Part shown: positions 17,521 through 28,025 of the stretch, piece after piece | Numbering within the stretch: position 1 is the first letter of the stretch | Layout: each line of letters opens with the position of its first letter | Origin: Oscillospiraceae bacterium | GTDB lineage: Bacteria > Bacillota > Clostridia > Oscillospirales > Ruminococcaceae | Assembly: GCA_022768245.1 (NCBI GenBank) | Contig: JALEMR010000068.1 | Span: forward strand, 1 to 54,126 | Direction: 5' to 3' | DNA: 54,126 bases | Made by a program: the position numbers and the translations under genes | The notes under the pieces: model-generated | Databases searched by the model: none | What the model was told of the DNA's origin: nothing | Seen by the model: only the letters and a program-made list of their open reading frames with translations

Positions 17521-17549
17521 TTGCTTATTTTTTGAGAATGTGGTATAAT
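17521..17549 (+). promoter_or_regulatory. sigma-A promoter preceding a roughly 165-nt structured leader
   Basis: TTGCTT, a 17-nt spacer, then TGTGGTATAAT with TATAAT at 17544-17549. Confidence 0.5.
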
Positions 17550-17720
17550 TATATAATGCGGATATTTATATATTTAATATCCACCGAAAAATACCGCCGT
17601 TTTGTTAAGCGGCGTATTCTCAAAACTCGACGCCGACTAAGGAAGGCTTCTGCCGTCCGAATATGAAGCACAAAACGAGGAATGTCTGCCGAGTGATCCC
17701 AAACCCAAGGAGGAAACAGA

Positions 17721-18587
17721 ATGAAAGGCGATCTGCACTGTCACACAACCTTATCTGACGGCTCATTAGGCATTGAGGATATCATCGTTCAGGCAAAACG
17801 GACGGGCATTGACTTTGTCTCCATAACCGATCACGACACGATGTCCTCTATTTCAAGGGCAAAGATTCTCGGCGAACGCCACGGCGTTATCACTATCCCC
17901 GGAGTGGAGCTCTCCGCCTGGGATAAGACCCGCGGAAGAAAGGTACATATCCTCTGCTACGCTCCTCAGAAGCCCGACCGCTTAGAGGGCATATGCAAGC
18001 GCTCCTGCGAGATACGCACCGCCTGCGCCAAGGAAATGATAGAAAACGTCAAGAAGCTCTACCCTATCACCATGGACAGCGTAATGAAGCACGTGGGCGG
18101 CTCAAAGAGCATATTCAAGCAGCATATCATGCACGCGCTCATTGATTACGGCTACTCCACCCACTTCTACGGCAGACTCAACGACGAGCTCTTCGACCTC
18201 AAAAAGGGCAGCTGCATTGTGGAGCGCGAATATCCCGACGTACATTATGTGCTGGATCTTATCCACTCCGCAAGGGGCTGCGCAGTTATGGCTCACCCTG
18301 TGCTGTACGATTCAACGGATCTGCTCAAAGAGCTTGCCGAAGCGGGTAAGATAGACGGTGCCGAGGTTTACCACTACACCGCCGATGAAGCCGCTCAAAA
18401 GGATATCCTCGCCATTGCCGATCAATACGGTCTTATAGTAACGGGCGGCTCCGATTTCCACGGGCTATACAATGCACGTCCCACTCATATCGGTCAGAAT
18501 ACAACCGATTTTGAGAATCTGGACAAAATCTTAAAGCTGACATCAAAGAAAAACGAAAACAAGGAAAATAAAGAAATCTCTAAATAA
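17721..18587 (+). CDS. PHP-domain metal-dependent phosphoesterase
   Basis: MKGDLHCHTTLSDGS...FVSITDHDT is the PHP histidine motif set. Confidence 0.75.
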   Translation: MKGDLHCHTTLSDGSLGIEDIIVQAKRTGIDFVSITDHDTMSSISRAKILGERHGVITIPGVELSAWDKTRGRKVHILCYAPQKPDRLEGICKRSCEIRTACAKEMIENVKKLYPITMDSVMKHVGGSKSIFKQHIMHALIDYGYSTHFYGRLNDELFDLKKGSCIVEREYPDVHYVLDLIHSARGCAVMAHPVLYDSTDLLKELAEAGKIDGAEVYHYTADEAAQKDILAIADQYGLIVTGGSDFHGLYNARPTHIGQNTTDFENLDKILKLTSKKNENKENKEISK

Positions 18588-18601
18588 AAGGATCTGAAAA
18601 A

Positions 18602-19774
18602 ATGGATATTATGCAGTCATCTCTTGAAAAGCATTACGAATGGAAGGGCAAGATCGAGGTGGTTTCCCGCTGTACCGTCGAGAACAGCAGTCAGCTCTCG
18701 CTGGCGTATACTCCCGGCGTTGCACAGCCCTGTCTCGAGATTCAGAAAAACCCCGACCTTTCCTACGATCTGACAAGACGCGCTAACCTTGTGGCTGTCA
18801 TCACCGACGGCTCCGCTGTGCTGGGACTGGGCGACATAGGTCCCCGCGCGTCCATGCCCGTTATGGAGGGAAAATGCGCGCTTTTCAAGGAATTTGCGGG
18901 AGTTGACGCATTCCCTCTCTGCGTGAACACTCAGGACGTTGACGAATTTGTCCGCACTGTGGAGCTTATCTCCTACAGCTTCGGCGGAATCAATCTGGAG
19001 GACATCTCCGCTCCCCGCTGCTTCGAGATCGAACAGAAGCTCAAGGAGCGCTGCGATATCCCCGTATTCCACGACGACCAGCACGGCACCGCTATCGTCG
19101 CTTCTGCGGCAATGCTCAACGCGGCTAAGCTCTGCGGCAAGGACTTCAAAGATATGACCCTCGTCATCAACGGCGCGGGCGCTGCGGGCTGCGCTATCGC
19201 CAAGCAGTTCATCTCGCTGGGCATGGGCGATATCATACTCGTGGATAAGGACGGCATCATCTGTGACGGCGACGAGTTCTCCAATCCCTCTCACTACGAT
19301 ATGGCTAAGGTCACCAACAAGACTCACAGAAAGGGTCTCCTTGCCGACGCAATGAAGGGCGCAGACGCATTTATCGGCGTATCCAGACCTAAGCTCGTAA
19401 CTCCCGAAATGATACAGTCCATGGCTGAAAAGCCCATCGTGTTCGCAATGGCAAACCCCACTCCCGAGATAATGCCCGACGAGGCAAAGGCTGCGGGCGC
19501 ATACATCGTGGGAACGGGACGTTCCGACTTCCCCAATCAGATAAACAACGTCGTTGCCTTCCCCGGAGTATTTAAGGGCGCTCTTGCGGTACGTGCAAAG
19601 GATATCAACGAGGATATGAAGCGCGCCGCTTCCATAGCTATAGCTTCGGCTGTGCCTGCGGATAAGCTCACTCCCGATTTCATCCTGCCCAACTCCTTCG
19701 ACAAGAACGTGGCAAACATCGTTGCCGAGGCAGTGGCAGAGGCTGCAAGAAAATCCGGAATAGCAAGAATATAA
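18602..19774 (+). CDS. NAD(P)-dependent malic enzyme (short form, oxaloacetate-decarboxylating malate dehydrogenase)
   Basis: LSLAYTPGVAQPC and GINLEDISAPRCFEIE are present, with a Rossmann motif VINGAGAAGCAIAK. It is 390 aa. Confidence 0.85.
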   Translation: MDIMQSSLEKHYEWKGKIEVVSRCTVENSSQLSLAYTPGVAQPCLEIQKNPDLSYDLTRRANLVAVITDGSAVLGLGDIGPRASMPVMEGKCALFKEFAGVDAFPLCVNTQDVDEFVRTVELISYSFGGINLEDISAPRCFEIEQKLKERCDIPVFHDDQHGTAIVASAAMLNAAKLCGKDFKDMTLVINGAGAAGCAIAKQFISLGMGDIILVDKDGIICDGDEFSNPSHYDMAKVTNKTHRKGLLADAMKGADAFIGVSRPKLVTPEMIQSMAEKPIVFAMANPTPEIMPDEAKAAGAYIVGTGRSDFPNQINNVVAFPGVFKGALAVRAKDINEDMKRAASIAIASAVPADKLTPDFILPNSFDKNVANIVAEAVAEAARKSGIARI

Positions 19775-19790
19775 CAAGGAGGAACCAAAA

Positions 19791-20051
19791 ATGACCTACA
19801 CATATACACCGAGGGGCGTCTGCTCCCGTCAGATAACCGTTGAGCTTTCCGACGACGGAGTTATCGAGAATGTCCGCTTTTTAGGCGGCTGCAACGGAAA
19901 TACACAGGGCGTGTCCGTTCTTTGCAAGGGACTTAAGGCCGAGGACGCTGTCGATAAGCTTTCGGGCATCGACTGCGGCGGACGGGGCACATCATGTCCC
20001 GACCAGCTTTCACTGGCTCTTAAGGAAGCTCTTGCGGTGATGAACAAATAA
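19791..20051 (+). CDS. TSCPD-domain small protein (TIGR03905-like)
   Basis: 86 aa with the motif GTSCPDQL. Ribosome-binding site AAGGAGGA. Confidence 0.7.
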   Translation: MTYTYTPRGVCSRQITVELSDDGVIENVRFLGGCNGNTQGVSVLCKGLKAEDAVDKLSGIDCGGRGTSCPDQLSLALKEALAVMNK

Positions 20052-20114
20052 GCTTTCTTATCAAAAAATATATCCGCTCCCACGCAGGAAGCGGATTATT
20101 TTTATACCATGACT

Positions 20115-20861
20115 CTATTCCGGACCGCCGCTTTTCAGCCACTCATACGCAGTTTTCCCGCATATGATATGGGGCTTTTCCGCAGTTCCGATGTTTATCC
20201 TGTCCGCACATGCTCTGTCGATAGTCATTCCCGCAGTTTCGGCACTATGGAAAATACTCCCCTTAAGACGGGTGCCGTCTATTTCCACATCATTGAATTT
20301 ACAGCCCGTGAAATCCGTGCTCCCGTCAAAGGTACAGCCGAAAAATTTCACGTTTTTGAAAACTGCTCCCGTAAAATCCGTTCCGGTAAGCTCCGCCTTG
20401 TAAAAGGTGGTATTCTCAAAGTATGCACCCGTGAAATCATTGCCGCTGCACTTGGTCTTGCTGCAGAATCGGCAGCCTATGAGGTCTGCTCCCGAAAAGT
20501 TATTGTCTGTGTAATAGTAGCCGTTGAACTGTATATTCACGAATTTCAGCCCCGAAAAATCACACTCTGCATAGCTGCCGCTTTCGAGCATCTGAAAATC
20601 TATCTCGCTGCTGCGGAAATCCGCCGACCTTATCTCCAGGAAATTGTTGAACTTATCATGGTATTCCATACCCGTTCTGCCCGCGGAGTCCTTCGGCTCA
20701 TACACCAGCCCCGAAAAATTCACCTTTAAAAATTTGCGGAGCTTTTCCGTCAGACCCGGCTGCCTTCGCGGCACGTCTCCGAAAAGCTCCCGGTTCTCCT
20801 TCTGCATCAGCTTTATGTCCTGTTCAAGCTGACGTATCTTTTTTCTATCTTCAGCCTTCAC
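20115..20861 (-). CDS. Pentapeptide-repeat protein with an N-terminal coiled coil
   Basis: The N-terminus is MKAEDRKKIRQLEQDIKLMQKENREL. Many A(D/N)LxG-type pentapeptide repeats follow (ADLIGCRFCSKTKCSGNDFTGAYFENTTFYKAELTGTDFTGAVFKNVKF...). Confidence 0.7.
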   Translation of the reverse strand: MKAEDRKKIRQLEQDIKLMQKENRELFGDVPRRQPGLTEKLRKFLKVNFSGLVYEPKDSAGRTGMEYHDKFNNFLEIRSADFRSSEIDFQMLESGSYAECDFSGLKFVNIQFNGYYYTDNNFSGADLIGCRFCSKTKCSGNDFTGAYFENTTFYKAELTGTDFTGAVFKNVKFFGCTFDGSTDFTGCKFNDVEIDGTRLKGSIFHSAETAGMTIDRACADRINIGTAEKPHIICGKTAYEWLKSGGPE

Positions 20862-21081
20862 TGCTATCTCCCTCTATACTATAATTGTATACCATTATAG
20901 TATATTTTTCAGAGAATGTCAATACCTTATCCCATTTTTTATATTATCATAGATTTTTTTGATGATTTTCATAAAAAAAATCAAAAAAACTGTTTACTTT
21001 TCCAAAAAAATATTGTATAATTATATTATGTGAAGCAAAATGATCATTCGGACGATTTCTATAACCTTAGGAGGCTGAAAT

Positions 21082-22413
21082 ATGAAAGTTGACTGGAACA
21101 AAAAATATACCACTATCGCCGTTTACAGCGTGCTTACCTTCTTCGTATGCCTTATGCTCTACCTTGTTATGAAGAACGTCGCTGTTATCGGCGGTATCAT
21201 CTCCAAAACCCTTGACGTTACTTCCCCCATAATCTGGGGCATAGTTATCGCTTACCTTATCAACCCCATCATGATGTGGACAGAAAAGGGGCTCGCCAAG
21301 CTCACAAGCAGGAAAAAACCTCATGCCAAGCTCAACCGCGTACTGGCGACGATACTTTCCGTCATACTCTTCTTAGCGGCTATCACTGCTTTCTTTATGA
21401 TAATCATTCCTCAGATCATCGAAAGCGTGACCTCTATCTTCAACAATTTCGACACCTACATGCGCAATTTCGAGACCTGGATAAATCAGCTGCTGGAAAA
21501 TAATCCGGAGCTGTTTGCCATGATAGACGAGAAATTCGAACAGATTCGCGATTCTCTCAGCAGCTTTATCGACACCCTTATCCCTCAGCTCGGAAACGTC
21601 CTCGTTAAGGTGGGCGGCGGCGCCGTCAGCTTTGTCAATGTACTTAAGGACTTCTTTGTGGGTCTTTTCGCAGCGGTATATTTCCTCTTCGACAAGGAGC
21701 ATTTTCAGGCGCAGTGCAAAAAGGCAGTCTGTGCACTCCTTCCCAAAAGCATTCACGAGGACTTCTTCAATATCTGCAATCACACCAACCTTTCCCTCAG
21801 CGGCTTTATCTCGGGCAAGATAATCGACTCCATTATCATCGGTATCCTCTGCTTTATCTGCATGATAATCATGAGGCTCGATTATGCGGTGCTGATAAGC
21901 GTTATCATCGGAGTTACCAACATTATCCCAATTTTCGGACCTATCTTCGGAGCAGTCCCCTGCGGACTTCTTCTGCTCATCTCATCGCCTAAGCAGGTCA
22001 TTCCATTTGTTCTTCTGATAGTAGTCATTCAGCAGCTGGACGGAAACGTCATCGGTCCCAAGATACTGGGAAGCTCTACGGGACTTTCCTCTTTCTGGGT
22101 GCTGTTCTCCATCATTGTCGGCGGAAATCTGTTCGGCGTGGCAGGTATGCTCCTCGGCGTGCCTATCTTCGCAGTCATCTATTCTATCGTCGAGGATCTG
22201 ATCAATCATCTGCTGAAAAAGAAAGGAATGTCCACCGTTACCGCAGATTATGCCATTGCTCCCAGAAGCAAGCCAAAGGACAAGCCCAAGGGACTTAAGC
22301 TTCATTCCAGAAAGGACAAAAACGGTGACAAGCCTGCCGAAAACGCTCCCATTCCTGCAGGCAGTGAGGGCGCGCTGACCGACGGCTCCGATTCCGATAC
22401 GGAAAATGAATAA
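21082..22413 (+). CDS. AI-2E family transporter (UPF0118/PerM-like permease) with a charged C-terminal tail
   Basis: Eight predicted TM helices; the sequence resembles the YhhT/PerM family. The C-terminal roughly 60 aa is rich in K, D and P. Confidence 0.8.
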   Translation: MKVDWNKKYTTIAVYSVLTFFVCLMLYLVMKNVAVIGGIISKTLDVTSPIIWGIVIAYLINPIMMWTEKGLAKLTSRKKPHAKLNRVLATILSVILFLAAITAFFMIIIPQIIESVTSIFNNFDTYMRNFETWINQLLENNPELFAMIDEKFEQIRDSLSSFIDTLIPQLGNVLVKVGGGAVSFVNVLKDFFVGLFAAVYFLFDKEHFQAQCKKAVCALLPKSIHEDFFNICNHTNLSLSGFISGKIIDSIIIGILCFICMIIMRLDYAVLISVIIGVTNIIPIFGPIFGAVPCGLLLLISSPKQVIPFVLLIVVIQQLDGNVIGPKILGSSTGLSSFWVLFSIIVGGNLFGVAGMLLGVPIFAVIYSIVEDLINHLLKKKGMSTVTADYAIAPRSKPKDKPKGLKLHSRKDKNGDKPAENAPIPAGSEGALTDGSDSDTENE

Positions 22414-22436
22414 CATTTCAAAGGAGATTCTTTGCA

Positions 22437-23132
22437 ATGGAATACAAATATGAAACACACATGCACACCTCCGAGGGCAGCGCCTGCTCTGACAGCACCG
22501 CCGCCGAAATGGCAGACAAATACAAGGCGGAGGGCTACACGGGCATCTTTGTCACCGACCATTTCTTCAACGGAAACACCGCCGTCCCCCGCGAACTGCC
22601 CTGGAAGGAACGCATCGAACGGTACTGCTCGGGCTACGAGCACGCTCTTAAACGCGGAAAGGAAATAGGACTGGACGTTTTCTTCGGATTTGAATACGGA
22701 AACGGTCAGGCGGACTTCCTCACCTACGGCTTAGACGGCGAGTGGCTCTACGAACACCCCGAGATACTCGACATGACCGTCCCCGAATACATCAGGCTCG
22801 CCAAGGCATACGGCGGCATGGTCATCCACGCTCACCCATTCCGCGAGGAAGAGTACATCCACAGCTTCACCCTCTGCCCCCGCTACGAGGACGGCGTGGA
22901 GATAATAAATGCGTCCAACCGTCTCACTGAATTCAACGACCGCGCAAGGGCTTACGCCGAATGGTACAGTCTCCCCGTTACGGGCGGCTCCGATTCCCAC
23001 AACACCACCGGAAGATTCTATCCCGGAGGAATAGTTACCGACTTTAAGATCACCTGCCCCGAGGACTACATCGCCGCAGTAAAGGAACGGAAAATACTCC
23101 GTATCCTTGACAGAAACAGGGATACTGACTGA
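22437..23132 (+). CDS. PHP-domain phosphoesterase (histidinol-phosphatase-like)
   Basis: ETHMHTSEGSACSD...GIFVTDHF...IHAHPFR...GGSDSH are PHP metal ligands. Confidence 0.7.
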   Translation: MEYKYETHMHTSEGSACSDSTAAEMADKYKAEGYTGIFVTDHFFNGNTAVPRELPWKERIERYCSGYEHALKRGKEIGLDVFFGFEYGNGQADFLTYGLDGEWLYEHPEILDMTVPEYIRLAKAYGGMVIHAHPFREEEYIHSFTLCPRYEDGVEIINASNRLTEFNDRARAYAEWYSLPVTGGSDSHNTTGRFYPGGIVTDFKITCPEDYIAAVKERKILRILDRNRDTD

Positions 23133-23441
23133 AAAATAGTGCCTGCAAACAAAAGTATTCAAAATTACCTAAAGTTTTTGGTATTTTTTCAGTAGAATTC
23201 ACAAAAAATTAACAACTTTTGAAGCAAAGTATGTTAAAATAAAATAGTATAAATGCGAACTGTTTTCACATATAATATTATTTTGTATGCTTTTATACTG
23301 AGGCGGACGCCTGTCATCGGCTGATAAGCTGCGGCTTGAAATGACGCAGCACCGATATCGGCGGCTCCTTGACTGTATGGGAAAAGTGCATCTGCCGTTT
23401 TGCGGCACATCGTACAATATAATGAAAGGGTGACTCATTAA

Positions 23442-24527
23442 ATGTCAAACAGACTTTTTCAGGGACTGATTCATCAGATGCGGGATACTATGGACTGCGT
23501 TATCGGCGTTGTCGATACCTCCGCAACAATTATTGCATGCAGCGAGCTTACCAAGATCGGGACAACAAACGAATTCGTGTCCCTCGACCTGAGCGATTCC
23601 CATGATATTTTTGTCCGCGACGGATATACCTACAAGCCCTTCGGCTCTCACATCAAGCCCGATTATGCGGTCTTTGTTGAGGGCACCGACGATAGTGCTG
23701 CCAAGTATGCCAATATCCTCGCTATCACGCTTTCCAGCATAAAGCAGTATTACGACGAAAAATATGACCGCAACAACTTTATCAAGAACGTTGTCCTCGA
23801 TAACGTTCTCCCCGGAGATATCGTCGTTAAGGCAAGAGAGCTCCATTTCAACAACGATGTGAGCCGCGTTGTCTTCCTTATCAGGATAGTTTCCTCCAAC
23901 GACGTCTCCGCTTACGACGTTATCCAGAACCTTTTCCCCGACAAGACAAAGGATTTCGTTTTCAACATCTCCGAGACCGATATCGTGCTCGTTAAGGAGA
24001 TCAAGAACAACGTTGAATCCAAGGAGCTGGAAAAGCTGGCACGCTCTATCTCCGACACCCTTTCGGGCGAGTTCTACACCCGCGTTAACGTTGGTATCGG
24101 CACCGCCGTTACGGGCGTAAAGGATCTGGCACGCTCCTTCAAGGAGGCTCAGATGTCCCTCGAAGTCGGCAAGGTTTTCGATACGGACAAGGTCATCTGC
24201 TCTTACGATAACCTCGGTATCGCAAGACTTATCTATCATCTGCCCACCACGCTCTGCGAGACCTTCCTCCAGGAGGTCTTCAAGAAGGGCTCTATCGAAT
24301 CTCTCGACCATGAGACACTGTTCACTATCCAGCGCTTCTTTGAGAACAATCTGAACGTTTCCGAGACTTCAAGAAAGCTTTTCGTTCACAGAAATACTCT
24401 CGTGTACAGACTCGAAAAGATAAAGAAGCTCACAGGTCTCGACCTGCGCGAATTCGACCACGCTATCGTGTTCAAGATTGCTCTTATGGTCAAGAAGTAT
24501 CTCTCCGCAAATCCCACAAAATTCTAA
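23442..24527 (+). CDS. PucR/CdaR-like transcriptional regulator (C-terminal PucR HTH)
   Basis: C-terminal ETSRKLFVHRNTLVYRLEKIKKLTGLDL. Ribosome-binding site AAAGGGTGA. Confidence 0.6.
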   Translation: MSNRLFQGLIHQMRDTMDCVIGVVDTSATIIACSELTKIGTTNEFVSLDLSDSHDIFVRDGYTYKPFGSHIKPDYAVFVEGTDDSAAKYANILAITLSSIKQYYDEKYDRNNFIKNVVLDNVLPGDIVVKARELHFNNDVSRVVFLIRIVSSNDVSAYDVIQNLFPDKTKDFVFNISETDIVLVKEIKNNVESKELEKLARSISDTLSGEFYTRVNVGIGTAVTGVKDLARSFKEAQMSLEVGKVFDTDKVICSYDNLGIARLIYHLPTTLCETFLQEVFKKGSIESLDHETLFTIQRFFENNLNVSETSRKLFVHRNTLVYRLEKIKKLTGLDLREFDHAIVFKIALMVKKYLSANPTKF

Positions 24528-24626
24528 ATTATAAAGCGGCTCACAGATAAATATACGGAGTCATAAGCTTTAACCAAAAGGGGGCAGGTTTCTGCCCTTT
24601 TATATTCAAAAGGAAGTGAGAACATT

Positions 24627-25292
24627 ATGGTTGAACTTAAAAACGTTTCGGTCACCTATCAGAACGGAGTTGAGGCTCTTCACAACGTCAATCTGACTAT
24701 CCATGACGAGGAATTTGCTTTCGTTGTGGGCGAATCGGGTGCGGGAAAAAGTACCCTTATCAAGCTGCTTATCAAGGAGATCGACGCTACTTCTGGCTCG
24801 GTCAAGGTAAACGGCTTCGATCTCGGCAAGCTCAAGCAAAAGGATGTCCCCAAGCTAAGACGCACTATCGGCTTCGTATTTCAGGACTTTAAGCTTATCA
24901 ATACCATGAACGTATACGATAATGTCGCCTTTGTTCTTAGGAGCATTGACGCACCGCTGAAATACATAAGAAAAAGAGTACCCTACGTTATCGGTCTGGT
25001 GGGTCTTAAGGACAAGATGAAGGCTTATCCTACCGAAATGTCCGGCGGCGAACAGCAGAGAGTCGCTCTCGCAAGGGCTCTCGTTAACGACCCCAAGCTT
25101 ATCATCGCCGACGAGCCAACAGGTAATCTTGACCCTAAAACTTCTATCGAGATAATCCAGCTGCTCCAGGGCATAAATCAGTGCGGCACTACTGTGCTTA
25201 TGGTCACCCATGAGCATGAGCTGGTAAAGCGCTTCGGCGGCCGTACTATCTCCATTCTTGACGGACAGATAAAATTTGATGATATAATCTGA
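24627..25292 (+). CDS. ftsE: Cell-division ABC ATPase FtsE
   Basis: Walker [13 protein letters not shown] signature LSGGEQQR, Walker B LIIADEPT. It is 221 aa and lies directly upstream of ftsX. Confidence 0.9.
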   Translation: MVELKNVSVTYQNGVEALHNVNLTIHDEEFAFVVGESGAGKSTLIKLLIKEIDATSGSVKVNGFDLGKLKQKDVPKLRRTIGFVFQDFKLINTMNVYDNVAFVLRSIDAPLKYIRKRVPYVIGLVGLKDKMKAYPTEMSGGEQQRVALARALVNDPKLIIADEPTGNLDPKTSIEIIQLLQGINQCGTTVLMVTHEHELVKRFGGRTISILDGQIKFDDII

Positions 25293-25371
25293 CGCTTCTG
25301 ACGCGAAGCCATCGGACTCTTTGACGTCAATTAATTGAAAGGAGGCTGCTTCTGCGGAAGCACAGTCTATA

Positions 25372-26277
25372 ATGAGATTCAGCAGCGTTACGTACCTTGC
25401 CAAGCAGGGTCTTAAAAATATATGGACAAACAGGATAATGTCCTTTGCTTCACTGTGTATCCTGACGGTATCCCTCCTGCTGGTGGGATTTGCCGTGCTG
25501 TTTGTGGAGAATATCAACCTCTTTGTCGGAAACATCGAAAATAAAAACGAGGTGATCCTCTTCCTTGAGGACGATATCACCGACGAACAGATAGATGAAA
25601 TGGGTAACCGCCTTAAGGCTATGAGCAACGTGGGCTCCGTTACCTTCTATTCAAAGGAAGAGGCCTTCGAGGATATGAAGGCGGGCATGGAAAACGCCGA
25701 GGAGCTTTTCGAATACATCGGCGACGACAGCCCTCTTCCCGATTCCTACAGACTCAGAGTTAACGATATCGGCAAAATGAGCTCCACTCTTATGCAGATA
25801 AACGAGCTTGACGGCATCTATTCCGTTAAGGCTCCTACCGATTTTGTCAGCGTGCTTACCGGCGTTCGCTCGCTGATATATATTCTCTCGCTGGTACTTA
25901 TCACCGCGCTTATCGTCGTGTGCCTTATCATCATCTCCAACACCACCCGTGCAAGCGTGGATTTCAGAAAGCGCGAGATCGCCATTATGAAATACGTGGG
26001 CGCCACAAACACCTTTATCAAGATACCCTTCTTCATAGAGGGTCTTCTTATGGGCGTTTTTGCGGGAATTATCGCCACCGTTATCACATGGCTGGGCTAT
26101 GACGCCCTCGTGGACGTGCTTATGTCCGATACTACGCTCTGGAGCGCTCTCGGCATCTCGGGATTTATCCCCTTTTCGTCAGTTGCGCTCAGAACCGTGC
26201 TTACATATATTCTCGCAGGCGCATTCATCGGTTCCATCGGAACTGTTATCAGCACGAGAAAGTATGTCAAGGTATGA
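25372..26277 (+). CDS. ftsX: Cell-division permease-like protein FtsX
   Basis: It has one N-terminal TM helix, an extracellular domain and three C-terminal TM helices, and follows ftsE. Confidence 0.85.
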   Translation: MRFSSVTYLAKQGLKNIWTNRIMSFASLCILTVSLLLVGFAVLFVENINLFVGNIENKNEVILFLEDDITDEQIDEMGNRLKAMSNVGSVTFYSKEEAFEDMKAGMENAEELFEYIGDDSPLPDSYRLRVNDIGKMSSTLMQINELDGIYSVKAPTDFVSVLTGVRSLIYILSLVLITALIVVCLIIISNTTRASVDFRKREIAIMKYVGATNTFIKIPFFIEGLLMGVFAGIIATVITWLGYDALVDVLMSDTTLWSALGISGFIPFSSVALRTVLTYILAGAFIGSIGTVISTRKYVKV

Positions 26278-26318
26278 TCCCATGCGGGTCAGGTCTCTAA
26301 GGGAGGAATTTTCTAACT

Positions 26319-27863
26319 ATGAATAAACGTCTGATAACTAAGCTGACAGCGGCAGCTGCGGCGGCAATACTTTCAGTTTCTGCTCTCAGCAGCAGCGGCA
26401 TCTTATATACGGCAGACTATGAGGGCGAGCTCGCTTCTCTCGAACAGCGCAGAGCGGCTCTCACCGAGGAACGCGAAAAGCTGGAGGCTGAACTGAACGA
26501 GTATCTCGAAGGCGCCGAACAGCAGGAGGAATATCTCGCTCTCTACGACGAGAAAATGAAGGTCCAGGAAGAGGAAATGGATAACCTCACCGAACAGATA
26601 GCTCTCCTGAACACCCAGCTTGAAGAGCTTGACAAAAAGATAGCAGAGAAACAGGCTGAGGTCGATGATGGCGTTGAGGAATTCAGAGAACGTCTCAGAG
26701 TCATTTATATGTCGGGCGGCGACGGCGTTGCCGAAATTCTTGCCGGTTCCTCCAGCTTCTACGATATCCTCGCAAGAATGGAAATGGTACAGCGCATCTC
26801 CAAGCATGACAACGATATGATATCCGCTCTCTGCGACAAGATAGAAGAGCTCAACGACGACAAGACCGCTCTGGAAAATCAGCGTGCGGCTCTCGACGAG
26901 AAGAAGAACGAACAGATGGCTGTCCTCGAAAAGCTCCGCGAGACCTACGCTAACCATGAGGAAACTAAAAAATGGTACGAGGAAAAGGCTGCGGCTCAGG
27001 CTGAAATGACCGACGAGCTTAAGGCTCAGGAGGCTGCCGCCGAAGAGGAACTCCAGGACTTTATCCGTAAACAACAGGAAGAAATAGCCGCAAAAATGGC
27101 TGAAAAGAAGAAAAAACAGCAGGCTGAAAAGGCTGCTCAGGAAGAAACTGTCACTGTAACGGAGGCTCCCGTACAGGAGACCGCTCCTCCCGAGACAACC
27201 GTTACCGAGGTGACCACTGCTTATGAGAATCTCTTCCCCGAGACAGAAGCTGCTCCCGAGGATGATTACGATGTCTATTCTCCCGACTCCGACGATGATG
27301 AATTTGACGTGACTGCAACAACTGTTACCGAAAGAGAATTCGTGGATCCCTATGATACATACGAATGGGGCAAGACCTATTACCCCAAGGCTGAGGACAC
27401 CGACCAGACCGATTCCTCCGACACTTCGGGCAGTGGCTACGGAACAAGCTCTGTGACAGGCTTTATCTGGCCTGTTCCCACTGTAAGAAATATGACCGAC
27501 GGTTATGGCGAAAGATACATCGTTGAGGAGGGCTCCTCCGATTTCCATAAGGGTATCGACATAAACAAGCCGGGCTGTCAGGGCGAGGCTATCGTCGCTT
27601 CCGCAGGCGGAGTCGTTATCACCGCTTCCGATACGGGCAACGGCTACGGCGTACACGTCGTTATCGACCACGGCGACAATATCGCTACCCTTTACGGTCA
27701 TATGTCCAGCACTACCGTCAGCGTAGGCGACGAGGTACAGCAGGGGCAGATCATCGGCTACATAGGAAACACGGGCTATGCTTACGGCTATCACTGCCAC
27801 TTTGAGGTCAGAGTAAACGGTCAGCATACCGACCCTCTTAACTATGTAGATGTCAATAACTGA
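26319..27863 (+). CDS. Coiled-coil M23 peptidoglycan endopeptidase (PcsB/EnvC-like FtsEX partner)
   Basis: It has a signal peptide, about 250 aa of coiled coil, a low-complexity linker and a C-terminal M23 domain (HKGIDI...LYGHMS...GNTGYAYGYHCHFEV). Confidence 0.8.
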   Translation: MNKRLITKLTAAAAAAILSVSALSSSGILYTADYEGELASLEQRRAALTEEREKLEAELNEYLEGAEQQEEYLALYDEKMKVQEEEMDNLTEQIALLNTQLEELDKKIAEKQAEVDDGVEEFRERLRVIYMSGGDGVAEILAGSSSFYDILARMEMVQRISKHDNDMISALCDKIEELNDDKTALENQRAALDEKKNEQMAVLEKLRETYANHEETKKWYEEKAAAQAEMTDELKAQEAAAEEELQDFIRKQQEEIAAKMAEKKKKQQAEKAAQEETVTVTEAPVQETAPPETTVTEVTTAYENLFPETEAAPEDDYDVYSPDSDDDEFDVTATTVTEREFVDPYDTYEWGKTYYPKAEDTDQTDSSDTSGSGYGTSSVTGFIWPVPTVRNMTDGYGERYIVEEGSSDFHKGIDINKPGCQGEAIVASAGGVVITASDTGNGYGVHVVIDHGDNIATLYGHMSSTTVSVGDEVQQGQIIGYIGNTGYAYGYHCHFEVRVNGQHTDPLNYVDVNN

Positions 27864-28025
27864 TCATCTTCCCGCAAAGCACCCAATGATCTGCACCGTG
27901 CAGCAATGCATGGTGTAGATTTATTCTATAATAAACGACATTAAAATTTCTGCATTCGGCTCCGCAAAAATTTGCATATATGATTTTTGCGGAAGCTGAA
28001 TGTCGGGAAATTTGTGTCGTTTATT

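Noticed and set aside
18617-19777. 386-aa ORF antisense to the malic-enzyme gene, and similar long antisense ORFs (3505..4317, 23445..24311, 26403..27827, 33489..34520, 47656..48546)
   Set aside because: These are shadow ORFs opposite confidently identified genes. Their composition is driven by the sense strand's codon usage.
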